The notes under the pieces are model-generated. The model made no database searches. It worked only from the letters and a program-made list of their open reading frames with translations, and was not told where the DNA came from. 64,000 bases of DNA, from positions 2,914,001-2,978,000 of the forward strand of contig NC_045723.1 in NCBI RefSeq assembly GCF_009834535.1, read 5' to 3'. This DNA is from Camelus ferus. Its lineage: Eukaryota. The position numbers and the translations under genes were made by a program. Shown in pieces: positions 13,526 through 25,644 of the stretch. Positions within the stretch are counted from its first letter, which is position 1; each line of letters begins with the position of its first letter.

Positions 13526-15202
13526 TAAAGAGCCGACAGCTGTGAGAATGCAGATGATAGTCGTAGCGTTATTAACAATTCCACGTAACTGGAAACAGCC
13601 GCAAACACATAAATCATGATTTTATGATTGACTATTGAAGCAAATAAAAAATTGTAAGTATGATTGTGTGTGGAAATTTGGAAAAGGATGTATGAAAAAG
13701 TGGGAAACGGCACTAAGGAATGTATAGTCTGTTGCAGTTGTGTGGTGTTCAAGCTACGTCGTCAGGTGTTGGGTATATGGTGTTTACATTTTAATAATTT
13801 ATAATGTTATAAATTTGATTCATAAATAAAGCCTCCTTTTACAACAAAAAGAGGTATGCCCGTGAAAAGTAGTATTGGTCACTCCATCTGAGATTTTATT
13901 TTTAATACAAATCGAATGCTGAAAGAGGTTAATAGACCAGCCATTAATGTGTTCCTTTCAGCAGTGAAGTTAGAGTAAAATCATATGCATGTATAATCCC
14001 AGATGGTTGAAGTGTACTGTTTTTTAATAAGATGTTATAAATTGATAATTTGAGGCATCTGGATCATTTCCTCGTATTAAATACTTATTATTTAAATTTG
14101 ATAGATCCACTCAATAACATAAAGCCTGCTTGACAATTTAGGTTTTTAGAATTAGCTTTTATATAAAACTATATGAATATAAAAATAAGGGACCGAAAGA
14201 TGAGATCATTGTTAGAACTCTTACTAAAAATAGGAAGTTTTAGTGAGTTGCCAACTTCAAAATAGCAACTCCAAAAATGTGTTTTTCTTTAAGTTTGTAA
14301 TGCCTAAACTTTCAACTGTTTTCCGAAAAGACAAATCTATGAGCTAAATTAGCATCCTGTTCCTTATGAAACATACAATACCAACAACTCTCTGTGCTCT
14401 ACATCCCCATGTTCTGACTTGGGTGCTTAGAGTCTTGATGGAGACAATTAGAATTGCACAAAACCAACATAGAAATGCTTCTGGAAAGGGGAAAGTGAGT
14501 ATGTTGGTATATCGGCATTTGTTATTTTGAGGTAGATGTGAATTCTGGGTAAATTATAACTACTAATAACTGAAGCACAACCTTACAAAATGAATTTCAT
14601 GGTTTTTTTGGAAATTTCACGACTGAAAAGAGTCAATGCCAGAAACATCAGCAAATGCTGGAGAAAACAAGTAAGGTCCATGTTCGTCTTAATTTCAAAT
14701 TTTTACTGCTTAACTCTTCCTTCTTTCCATGATTTCTGATGTTTTCATATGACCCAGTCTCAGCGGGTCTGAAGACGTGACTACTAACTTAACAGAGTTA
14801 AATTTGGAACTTGAAGCAGAACCGAATTTGTACATACGTCTGCCCTAATGTGACTGAGGGGTCAATAGGAGGCTGTGTCCCTCTGCTCCAGCCCGTACCC
14901 TCTTTGACCACACGGTACCTGGTTGGGGTGTGAGGACCACACCCTTCTCCAGCTTAGCAGCTGGGAATCCGACTGTTCCCCAGGGAACCAGTTTTCTCAG
15001 TGGCCCGTGGAATGAGTATGTGGATACACATCCAGGATGGGCATTATGTTGAGGTATTTGTGCATGATGACATGATACTTCAGCGTCACACTGGTATAGG
15101 TCAGGATTTTGAAGTCAGTTTATCACTGTAGCTGCCTTTTCTTTTTAATAGAAAACTTCAACTAGCCAGGCTAATGAACGATGTCATTTCTGCTACATAC
15201 AG

Positions 15203-15307
15203 GTAATATTAGCTTCAGGCTATTTTGCAGTGTTCAGAGTCAAACTTACTGCAAAAAAACTAGAAGGGATTCATGACGGAGCCATACAGATCACAACAGA
15301 CTACGAG
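15203..15307 (+). CDS. TMEM131: TMEM131 exon 7: VILASGYFAVFRVKLTAKKLEGIHDGAIQITTDYE
   Basis: tacatacag|gta ... gag|gtaagg; 105 nt. Confidence 0.96.
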
Positions 15308-16602
15308 GTAAGGACTTCATGGGGATTTGTGTCCGTGGAGTTTTTCTATGTAATTCAGTCCTTTTCTGTTTTTATAAAAACAGAGAACTACGTTTACTCA
15401 CTAAGTTACAGTTTACCGCTTTGATGCCTTAAAAACTGAGCTTTTGAGAATAGTTTTCAGAATATTGATGTTCATTAGCTCATTAGTTTTCTGATAAAAA
15501 CCTAAATCTTTTGACTAAAAACAACTTCAGAAAACTGTGTTTGGCACATTTAGAATTGCTTTTAGAAACCTGCTTTACAGATGGTTAGAGCATTGCACAG
15601 ACCCTGTCTGAAATTCCTGGGATAGCTGTCTTTCTTTCTGCAGTCATAAATATCCTGTGTAACATTTCCAAAAAGGAAGATACAGTCAGGAAGTCACATC
15701 TTAATTTGAGTTCTCATGATTGTATTTACATGTGTCGTTCTGAGTCAAGGAGAAAAGAGAAAATGTTGGAGCTTCTTAAAGACTCTTTGTGGGATTTGAC
15801 ATGTTGTGTTCAATGAGATTTTAAAGGGATTCATTTCTGCCAAACCTAAATATTTTGATCTAATATTTCCAAGCTCTTTAGGAAGTTGAGCACTGCTGAA
15901 GTCAGCAAGTTGCTACCCTTATTTTCCTGCCTGTTTTCAGCATATACAACCCCGACATGAAAGAAACTAATTCAGAATAAACAGAATTGGTCATTTAATA
16001 ATAAATGATTTGCTGGGAGTATGTCAAATGAATTACCTCCAAAAGTGAGGAACCCATGTTTATCACTCTTGATAGAAATAAGTTCGTTTCCTATCTTAGA
16101 GAAGTGTCTTTGAGTTGCAAACAATGTGAGGTAAGATTGAAAAGCTAGACTGTTCAACTCATTTTTTTAAATTAGGTTGATGTTAATTTATTGCTATGTA
16201 CCAAAAAAGAGAGCTTTGTAACTTTAGAACTTGCTGGACTTTCCATACGTTGTTTTAGGAGTACAATTTGAATTTCCTTTTTAAATGAATAATCTTCAAA
16301 GTAACTGTATATAATGAAGAATCTGTTCTTCGTTCCTTCCCCATTGTTAGGTCTTGTTTACTATGTTTTCAGTGAATCATGAGACGTGCTTGGAAATTTA
16401 CTGTATTTTTGCATTTTGAGTGGTACATGGATAGATTTTAGACAGTATCCACAGATGATTTTAATTTTTCTTATGAGTTGATTAATGGTAATGTAAGTTC
16501 CAAGATTGCTTGTTTTAATCCCCCCAAATAATGCAATAACTATCAAGGTCGATCTCAGACTTAAACACTCATTTCTTCATGGTTTGCTTCTTCACTCCAC
16601 AG

Positions 16603-16689
16603 ATCCTAACGATTCCCGTGAAGGCTGTGATCGCAGTGGGCTCTCTGACTTGCTTCCCAAAGCATATGGTTCTTCCACCTTCCTTTCCA
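16603..16689 (+). CDS. TMEM131: TMEM131 exon 8: ILTIPVKAVIAVGSLTCFPKHMVLPPSFP
   Basis: ttcactccacag|atc ... cca|gtaaga; 87 nt. Confidence 0.96.
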
Positions 16690-17326
16690 GTAAGACGATT
16701 AATTTGTAGTCTTCTTGCTAGTTTTTTTTTTCCCTTGCCTTTACCTCTGTGTCCCTAGACTTCAACAATCAAGTCAGTTATTCTTTATTAATTGCTTCTT
16801 TTAAGGAAAGACACTGTGCCAGATCCTTTGGAAATACAAAAAGGATTGAAGAATAGTCCCTTCTCTCAAAAAGTTTTCAATCTAGAATGAGAAATCACCT
16901 GTGATTCGTAGGTGTAAAGCAGGGTGTGGACATTGCCCTAAGAGGTGTAAAAATAAAGTGAAGAAAATACATTTCTAATTGGCAGAGGTGCCAGGTGACT
17001 TGGCTTGGAACCTCTGGTGGGGATAGATATGGGGTGGCGAGAACTCACATTCAGGGCCCAGGGACCGATCAACATGAATAAAGACACAGGCTGTAAGTCT
17101 GAGATGGCTTTAGGGGGTAGTGAATTGTCTGGTTTTGCCAGAATGCAGGGGCGTTTCAAGAAAGAAAATGGAAAGGTACCTTGGAGTGATAGCGTGATAA
17201 ACATTAAATGCATTTAAGTCCATGAAAATCTAAAGTTTTTGAGAAGAGGCTTGACATCATCAGAGCTGAGCTTTAAAGACTGACACTCTGGCAGAAGGAA
17301 ATACAGGACGCTTATGCGAGTGCCCG

Positions 17327-17381
17327 GAGGCCACCCGGAGACTGGCCAGAGGCCACCTGGAGACTGGCCAGAGGCCACCTG
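17327..17381. repeat. 22-bp tandem repeat, about 2.5 copies (gaggccacc[c/t]ggagactggcca)
   Basis: Units start at 17327, 17349 and 17371. Confidence 0.9.
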
Positions 17382-18458
17382 AGGAGTGTGGAGGCAGGTT
17401 TGAGCTTAGGGCATTGGCAGAGGCATGAGTCCCTTTCACACCTCCACACCTTTGCTGTTAGTCTGCCCTTCCTCCGCTCCTGCCTCCAAGAACTCCTACA
17501 CCTCTTTCAAGATCCGATTCCACTGTCATCTCCTCCGGAGATTCCTTGACTCCCCTAGGCAGTACTAGTTATTTCCTGTGTGATCCTGGAATGATTTGAA
17601 ATGACCTCTCTTGCAGCAAGCCTCACATTGTGCTGTAAGTATTGCCCTAAGTATTGGTCTCCCCAGCGAGACCCTGAGATCCAGTGGGAAAGGGATGAGG
17701 GATCTTTTACCCCTACTAGCAGATATTTCATAGATAATGAGTGGATAAAGGGGCAGATTGATGAAAAAGCGAACACAGATGAGACATTTCAGACGAGTCA
17801 TTTGCAGCGGCCCCGAGTATCCTGAGGAGCTCGTACTAACCGAAGCAGGCGTGGGTAGCAGGTAGAGGACTCAAAAATATGACTTAGAGTTTGAGCCTGG
17901 AGAACAGGGAGAGAAACGGGGAAACCGGGAAGTGGCGTTTTGCAGAAAGATGATGCAGTTCAGTTCAGGGCACGTCAGGGCAGATGTAAAAGTGTCTCTG
18001 AGCCTGTGTCGGGAGGCCTGGTGGGTTAAGAGAAACAGTGCATTGCAAGATCTTAATGCTACATAGAGTAAAACATAAATTCAAAATTTAACTCCTTACA
18101 AATACAAATTTGAATGAACAGGTTCAGCACACTTAAGTTTGGATCTTAATTAAATCTTTGTCTTCATGTCATTCTGCTTCACAATGACTATACAGAACTC
18201 TTGACTCCATTTGTCCAAAAGAACCTTCTTACTTCAGTTGCCTTTTCAATCCATGATTTCCTTCATCACTGCATAAGTCCTGGAAGGGAATAATTCAGTA
18301 GTTGACGTAGTGAAAAGCTGGTGGATAGAGTAAATGATAAAGCAGCTATAAAAACAAGGTGTTGGTTTTGAAGTACTTCAGATTAAGCTTTCAGGTATCT
18401 TCAGGTGGCTTACAGGACCAGATGTTTGCTTGGAAACTACAGATTGACTTGATGTTAC

Positions 18459-18817
18459 TGTCTTAGTTGGGCTGCTGTAACAAATTGCCATAGATTGGGT
18501 GGCTTACACAGCAGACATTTATTTCCCTGTGAGCTGGGAACTCCACAGCCAAGGCACTGGTAGGTGTGGTGCATGGTGGAGGCCCACGTCCTCAGTTTGC
18601 AGAGGGGCATCTTCTCACATCCTCACACAGCCAAGGAGCAGAGAGGGCCAGCAAGCTCGTAGTTCTCTTCTTTTAAGGGCACTAATCCCATTCATGAGGG
18701 CTCCTCTCTCATGACCTGCTCATCTCCCATAGGCCCTGCCTCCTAATACCATCACTTTGAGGGTTAGGATTTCAACATAGGTGTTTTGGGGAGCACTCAA
18801 GCATTCAGCCCATAACA
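18459..18817 (-). mobile_element. MLT1A-type solo LTR (ERVL-MaLR)
   Basis: tgtcttag...gggctgctgtaacaaa...aagggcactaatcccattcatgagggctcc...gttaggatttcaacat...cattcagcccataaca; flanks gttac/tttac resemble a 5-bp TSD. Confidence 0.85.
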
Positions 18818-20016
18818 TTTACCAAATTCTGTAAAATCTGTTATCAGGTAGAGAATACTAGAGCTAAGGAGTGAAAACAATACTTCAGAATAAACGTTTC
18901 ATATAAGTCACAGTTTAATACTTCATATTTGAATACCACTATAAAATGAACTTTTGTATCTGTTACCTCTGTTGATCCCCCCCACACCCCTGAGAGACAA
19001 GACATGGACACCAGAGAAGTAGTTATGACAGGAGCATGAGGGCCAGGTCACTGCCAGGAGGACGCAGCTGGTTAGAGGCCAGGTGGGCCTCTGCTTTCTG
19101 CTCCCATGTTCGTCCCATCACCCCGCGACGACTTTCTGCTGTGTTTTACTCTGGTTAGACTGACAGTGATGAGTGATAGTCTGCACCACTCAACTCTTAT
19201 TACTGTGCGTTCTCTTAATGTCTGTGTCTTTTAATACCAAATATTAGACCAGTCGGTCTAATCATTTTAGAGACTTCTTCAGATGGCTAGGAGTCAGGTT
19301 ATAAGGAGATGAAATTCTGTATTCAAACGAAAGAAAGTAAAAGATTATAATATAATTCTTGTTAATGCATACAATTTTAAATAAATATGATTGACTTAAA
19401 ATTTGGTACCGTCATAGGGAGAGGCATGTAGCTGATAAAAGCAATCATTGGTGATATAATGACTTCATCTGTATGCTGTTTTAATATGGTACTTGATAAC
19501 CTATATTTTTAAAAGATGTCTAATTTCTCTTTGGAACAAATGGTATTTTTCTTTTATAAAGAAAATACTTTTCTCTAAGGAGAATAAATCTGATTTTTTT
19601 GGTCTTGTTTAGCTTTGGATTTTAGAGTTCAATTATTTCATCCTGAATTTGAACACTTTTAAGGCAACCTGGCTTTGGTATAAACAAACCTGCTTAACTG
19701 ACAGTGACCATTTCCTTTGTCCAAAACTCTCTGTACCTTTGTTAGCATGTGAAGACTTTTAATTTAATTCATTTTTATAAAATTACAGAGATTTGTCCTG
19801 CTAATTTCTCTGTAACAGGCCATAAAACCAACAACAACAACAACAACAACAAAATATATACATATGGGAAGGCTGAGTACAAATGTAGTATCAACTTTTG
19901 AAGATTCTAAATATGTTTGAACTTTGATTTCGTAGAAGTATGTCTGTCAGCTGTAAAATGTGTGTTCTTAAGAAAATTCAACCATTACAAATATTTTGTT
20001 TTGTTTCTTCCTTCAG

Positions 20017-20169
20017 GGGAAGATAGTTCATCAAAGTTTAAATATTATGAATTCCTTCTCACAGAAGGTAAAGATACAACAAATACGATCTTTGTCAGAA
20101 GATGTACGATTTTACTACAAACGATTACGGGGCAATAAGGAAGACTTGGAACCAGGAAAAAAATCAAAG
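20017..20169 (+). CDS. TMEM131: TMEM131 exon 9: GKIVHQSLNIMNSFSQKVKIQQIRSLSEDVRFYYKRLRGNKEDLEPGKKSK
   Basis: tttcttccttcag|ggg ... aag|gtttga; 153 nt. Confidence 0.96.
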
Positions 20170-20269
20170 GTTTGAAAATGTTATAGTTGAGAATTCCCAT
20201 CCGTTACTATTTTGTGCTCGTGACCGTCTGTGGATTTGGGATTCACGGTTCTCCTGTCACTCTTTATAG

Positions 20270-20345
20270 ATTGCAAACATTTATTTTGATCCTGGACTGC
20301 AGTGTGGGGATCACTGCTATGTTGGCTTGCCTTTTCTGTCCAAAT
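20270..20345 (+). CDS. TMEM131: TMEM131 exon 10: IANIYFDPGLQCGDHCYVGLPFLSK(S)
   Basis: ctctttatag|att ... aaat|gtaagt; 76 nt. Confidence 0.96.
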
Positions 20346-20545
20346 GTAAGTTATCTTGCCCTTCTCTCTCTCAAGCCCTCCACTTCCTCCCCAAAATACC
20401 CTTTTTTTTTTTTTTTTTTTTGCCAAACCTCTCAAAATACTCTTTAATGAAAGGCTGCCACTTTTAAAGTCCATCCCTGTCTCCTGATGCTGTAGAAATC
20501 ATTGGAGGGGCTGAGTATGTTGTACCACATGTCTCCTTGTTTTAG

Positions 20546-20663
20546 CTGAACCCAAAGTGCAGCCTGGGGTAGCCATGCAGGAAGACATGTGGGATGCTGA
20601 CTGGGATCTGCATCAAAGCCTGTTCAAAGGATGGGCGGGAATAAAGGAAAATTCAGGTCACAG
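20546..20663 (+). CDS. TMEM131: TMEM131 exon 11: EPKVQPGVAMQEDMWDADWDLHQSLFKGWAGIKENSGH(R)
   Basis: ccttgttttag|ct ... cacag|gtaagt; 118 nt. Confidence 0.96.
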
Positions 20664-22539
20664 GTAAGTGGTTCTGCTCTGTGTAAGTGTTTTGGCCATC
20701 TTTACCAGTTTGAAACATGACTTTTCTAAAGTTATCCTTATGTTAGGTGATTTTACTTTTGTAGAGCTAAGAAAATATGCCTAGTCTTCAGCAAATTATA
20801 ATGAGGCATCTTGAATTGCCATTGTAATTGTGTATTTCTCAGAAGGATGCACACTACCATTTTTGTCTTTTTTCCCGGTGTTTAGATGCTTCTGTAAGGT
20901 CAAAGAAACTATATGAAGTTGTCCTTAAGTAGGATGACTTCAGTGTTCACCTTAGATACAGCCATTTGCATAAGAAAGAAAGTTTCTGCCTACCACTGAG
21001 CTCTGTTAAAGGCAAGGAAACCGCCTTCTAGGTTTAACCTCACAGTAGGAGAAGCGTCTCTGCTCCTTGTGAGAACTGCCTCCTCCCTTTCCCAGCGCTG
21101 AGCAGCTAGGGTGCGTGGGGCCCAGGTCACACGGGCCCAGCCATGTGTCTCTGGCAGGTAGAAAATGTCCTGATGACAAATCAGTACTGCACCTGGGTCA
21201 CAAGCAAAGACACACTTACGCGGCAGCACTTTCTCTGTATTCGGAAAGAGCATTTGACTGATGAAGCTGTGACAGCTGCTGAAAACTGCTCTCCATCGGC
21301 TGATTTGAAATGTATTTGTCACTGTGATCGAGATACTCCAGTTTATAGTACTGGGACTTTTTCAAGCCGTTAACAATTAAATCTGCAGGCTTCTGTTTAT
21401 CTGAAGTGTTGTCTGCGAGAAGTTTTCTTAAGGCAAAAGAGAATTAAAATTTAACTTTAAAATGGTTAAAATTAGTGCAGAGACTTCATTAGAACTCACT
21501 AAGAGAACACTAATTAAAACACAACTTGGGCCCCTACGTTTCCATAACGGACATTACAATTTACAGGTAGTCTCCAAACTCTGACATCCAATTATGGATA
21601 AATAACTTGTAGTGCTGCCCTAGGCTCACCTGCCAGGGAACTTCTCCACCTCCCACCCTCCGAAACCACCCCCCCCTCAAGCCTTCCTCTCCCTGAGGCC
21701 AGCATTCCACCACTAAAGACCCAGCCTCCCTACCTGCCCTCTGCCACCATGTCCCAGTTGCGCAGTGAATGTGGCATTCTCCCTGCCTTTGTGTTACCTT
21801 GTTGATGTGCATGTCACAGAGAATTTGTTACTAGTCTTATAAAACCGGTACACTAGGCAGTATTAGGGTGTCATATTCAGGAGTGTTGTGGGATAAAATA
21901 GGCCTCAGTGTTTGGGTCCAGGGACCTTAGCCCCATTTATAATATTGTTTCCTTAGGGAATGTGTTCTGAGTTCCAAACAGCTGGCTTACAAACTCATAA
22001 GTAGGGAAATATTCAAACGAGGACCTGAATATTGCTCTTTCCTTTACATATAATCTGCACAAAACCCTCACCTGTATTACCTCTTCAACTGATGTCTTCA
22101 TTGTGAATCAGGATTTTGTGTTGTCTCTTACCTCAAGTGGGAAAAAAGCCATATGCCAAGCAGTGCACTGACTTCTCAGGAGTTCTCCTGAAACTGTCTG
22201 CCTGCTCCTGGTGCCTGGGTCTTCCCACTAACCATGCAAGACCCTGCAGGACCCTGTAACGTCATGTCTGTATCCATCTGCCTTTGCCCAGGTGTATTCA
22301 GTACGAGGGCAGCCCAAGGTGATGAGTCTTAGATGTGGCAGCAGTTTGTGCCAAAATAGAGACATTTTCCTCCATGTCTCTGTGGAAAGCGTAGTAAAAT
22401 ATTGGAGCAAATAATAAACCTGTGTTTATCCAAGGCCAGAATAAAATTTCTCAAGCACACAAGCCTAATAGAATTTCCTACCTTCAGAAAAGTCAAGTAT
22501 TTCATCTTGATACAGTGACTTACAAATTGTTTTCTCTAG

Positions 22540-22678
22540 ACTGAGCGCTCTATTTGAAGTAAACACAGACCTTCAAAAAAACATACTCTCCAAAATCACC
22601 GCCGAGCTCTCCTGGCCGTCCGTCCTCAGCTCCCCACGGCACGTGAGGTTCCCGCTCACCAACACCAACTGCTCCTCA
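22540..22678 (+). CDS. TMEM131: TMEM131 exon 12: LSALFEVNTDLQKNILSKITAELSWPSVLSSPRHVRFPLTNTNCSS
   Basis: ttttctctag|a ... tca|gtaagt; 139 nt. Confidence 0.96.
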
Positions 22679-22791
22679 GTAAGTATCCCAAGTGATGTCG
22701 GTTTGGGGAAACCCATCAAGGGCTATGAAGTAGCTGCTCTTATGTTTAACTGTGGAGATCTTTCACTTGCTGTGTCTTTACTTTGCTTAAG

Positions 22792-22901
22792 GAAGAAGAG
22801 ATTACTTTAGAAAATCCTGCCGACGTCCCCGTCTACGTTCAGTTTATTCCTCTGGCTTTGTATTCCAACCCTTCTGTCTTTGTTGATAAGTTAATATCAA
22901 G
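22792..22901 (+). CDS. TMEM131: TMEM131 exon 13: EEEITLENPADVPVYVQFIPLALYSNPSVFVDKLIS(R)
   Basis: ctttgcttaag|gaa ... tcaag|gtaagc; 110 nt. Confidence 0.96.
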
Positions 22902-23346
22902 GTAAGCATTGCTTCAGATTATCACACTGTTTCCATATGAACAGGGAATTATTATGTTACACATTGAAAACTGTATTGCAGCCCTTACAGTAATAGATTT
23001 GGCTTAGAGAAATTACGGATGTGTAACTAAAGTTTAGAGAAGGTTCTGGGAAGAGAGATTGATACTGTATTAAGCGTCTAGAAAAGCTTTCCGTTTAAGA
23101 CAAGAAAAAGTAATGGAGAACTCCTTCCTAAAATATTTTAAAGAGAAGCAGAACCTTTCAAATATTTTAGTTTTAAAAAGTGACCAGAATATTAACTATA
23201 AGTTGTAGCTATTTTTTGAAAGCTGTCAATCTGATAATATTTATCTCAGAATCTGCAAAAGATAAGCACAGCCTTGATAATCACTCTATGACCCCTTGCT
23301 GTGATGCTGTCTCCAAAGAAACATACGTACATTTTTTTAATTTCAG

Positions 23347-23413
23347 GTTTAACTTGAGTAAAGTGGCAAAGATAGATTTAAGAACACTAGAATTCCAAGT
23401 CTTCAGAAACGGT
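23347..23413 (+). CDS. TMEM131: TMEM131 exon 14: FNLSKVAKIDLRTLEFQVFRNG
   Basis: ttaatttcag|g ... ggt|gtaagt; 67 nt. Confidence 0.95.
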
Positions 23414-25644
23414 GTAAGTATTCAAACCTCATTCTGTTCCAAAGAAATAGTTCTGTGTGATACGACCAGTGCAGATGTGACAGAAGCGTGTGGACTGCCC
23501 TCAAATTGGCTGAAGGGCAAGTTCCTGAAGAAGTCAGAGCAGTCCAGTAATTATTTTAGAGGCACAAAACCTGGGAGGAAGGGGTGGGACTTAGATCGCC
23601 ATGCGGCACGCTGTGTAGAAGGTCCTGTTTGTGGACGTCAAGCTGTAAGCCCATGAGGGTTTACACTAATGGCTGCCAGAACCTCTGAGGATATGCAGAT
23701 GAGGCATATACTGGTCATAATTAATTTTTATTAAGCCTCAAAATATTGAGCTTGGTCACTTAAATTTTTACTTTGGATACTTTCTAATAAAATTATAAGC
23801 TCCATGAATGCCAGACCCACATCTGGCTGTATCCATACTTGGCATTTGAACTAATAAATGTATACATAAACTGGTTTGTTCTAAGACCAGATATTCTGTA
23901 TCCTGTGGACCAGGCTAAGCGGCCACTAACCACTCATGATTATGTAAGAACTGAGTATGTAGAATATGTATCAGACAGGAAATCAGCACTTGGAACTAAA
24001 ACCGCCTGCAAACTGGCCCGAGTCTTTTGGCCCTGATGGCCTTCCTCCTGCCCGGCCACATCTCATCCGTCCTTAAGCATCCTCTTCACCCCACCCTGCT
24101 GGCTGTGAAGCCTGCGCTGATTTGCTGTCTCATCCTCCCTGACTCTTCGTTTACACCCACGTTAACTTAGTGTTTTGTTTTCTTTTTAATGTGTGATACC
24201 TGGTTTCCCAAATCTGGGTATAAGCAACTTGAGGGCTTGTCTTCTGTTTATAGTGTTTTCCTCTCACATTAACAATATGAAAAGTGTTGAATGACCGAGG
24301 GTAGGAATCTGGTTAATCCTCCGTCATCTGAATCACTTCGGGTGGAGACAGTACACGACCGCCTCCTTCCTCTCCTTGCTGTGGGCTCCTTTGCGGAGCA
24401 TGGGTCCCAGTGTCAGGTGGCCCCAGGATGCCTTCCTGCCTCATTGGCTTTGCTGCTCCCCACTTGGATCAAGAGAGGTTGGCTCCTACCAGCTTTGTCA
24501 CCTCAACCAAGTAAACAAACCTTTCCTAACTTCAGCTTCCTCTCTTGTAACGTGAAGTTAATAATTTGTGTTTAACAAAGTTTTTGAACAGATTAAACAA
24601 ACAACATGGAAGCCTCTAGATGGGTTCCTTGGTACATAGGAAGCCCTCAGTGAGTGTTGACCGGATGAGTCTGTCTGTGGTTAACCAGGCCAGGAAAGAA
24701 AGGCAACTGGAGAGCTTTCAGCATTTCAGGGTATTGTGAAGACCCCTTCTCAGTATTTCACGAGCACCTGGTGTGTGTCAACATCATGCCAGGAGCATTC
24801 AAATTTACAATTTCATGCAATCATTGCAGCAGGCAGGCTGAGCTATTACTAACCACCCTAAGAGATGCGCATTTCTCTTGTTCTGTTGGTGGTGGGAAAA
24901 CGAAGCTCAGGGAGAGGAGGTAACTTGCCTGAGTTCGTACCTGTGATAAATGGCAGGGCCATATTCAAGTCCAGTTCTCCCAGAGTCCAGAGCCCTTGCC
25001 CATACCATCGTGACACGTGGGCACCGCTGGTTAGGAATCACTGGTTAGCCTGTCCAAACCAGATGTTTCATAGTTCTTGAAATATCTCTGTTCTTTCCCA
25101 TAGCTTTGTGTTTTAATCTATAAGACATATGTTAACCAGACCTATATAGAATAGTTTATAAGTATTTTTAAGTCAATCTTGTGTAAGAAAGTAGTTTTCA
25201 ATGTTGTATTTGTTTTCTGTTGAGTAACAGGTAGGATGCTAGACTGATATTTAGAGAGTCTCATATTCTAGTCCATGCCCTTCTCTTGGAATCTTTTTGT
25301 ACTTTGCTTTTTCCATCTATAAAATGCCAACATAATAAGTTCAAGGTTATCTGGACTCCAGATATCTAGAAAGCTCAGAGACTAGAAATTCCTTTCACTG
25401 TGCTTTTCTGAGGGAGGAAATATTCGTAAGAAGTAAATGACCTAGTATTTGCCTTTTCTGTCTTGCCAAATACGGTGTCCTTAGTGGTACTTACAAGATG
25501 TCAAACAGTGAAGGAGGCACTGTAAGAGTTAGAAAGATAAATAAGAGTCGTCTAGACCTTAGAAATTTATTTTAAATAAGAAATTCTGGAGGAGGTCTTA
25601 GGGTGAGCTTAGGATAAATTCTACCAGTTCTCTACAGTTCTATA

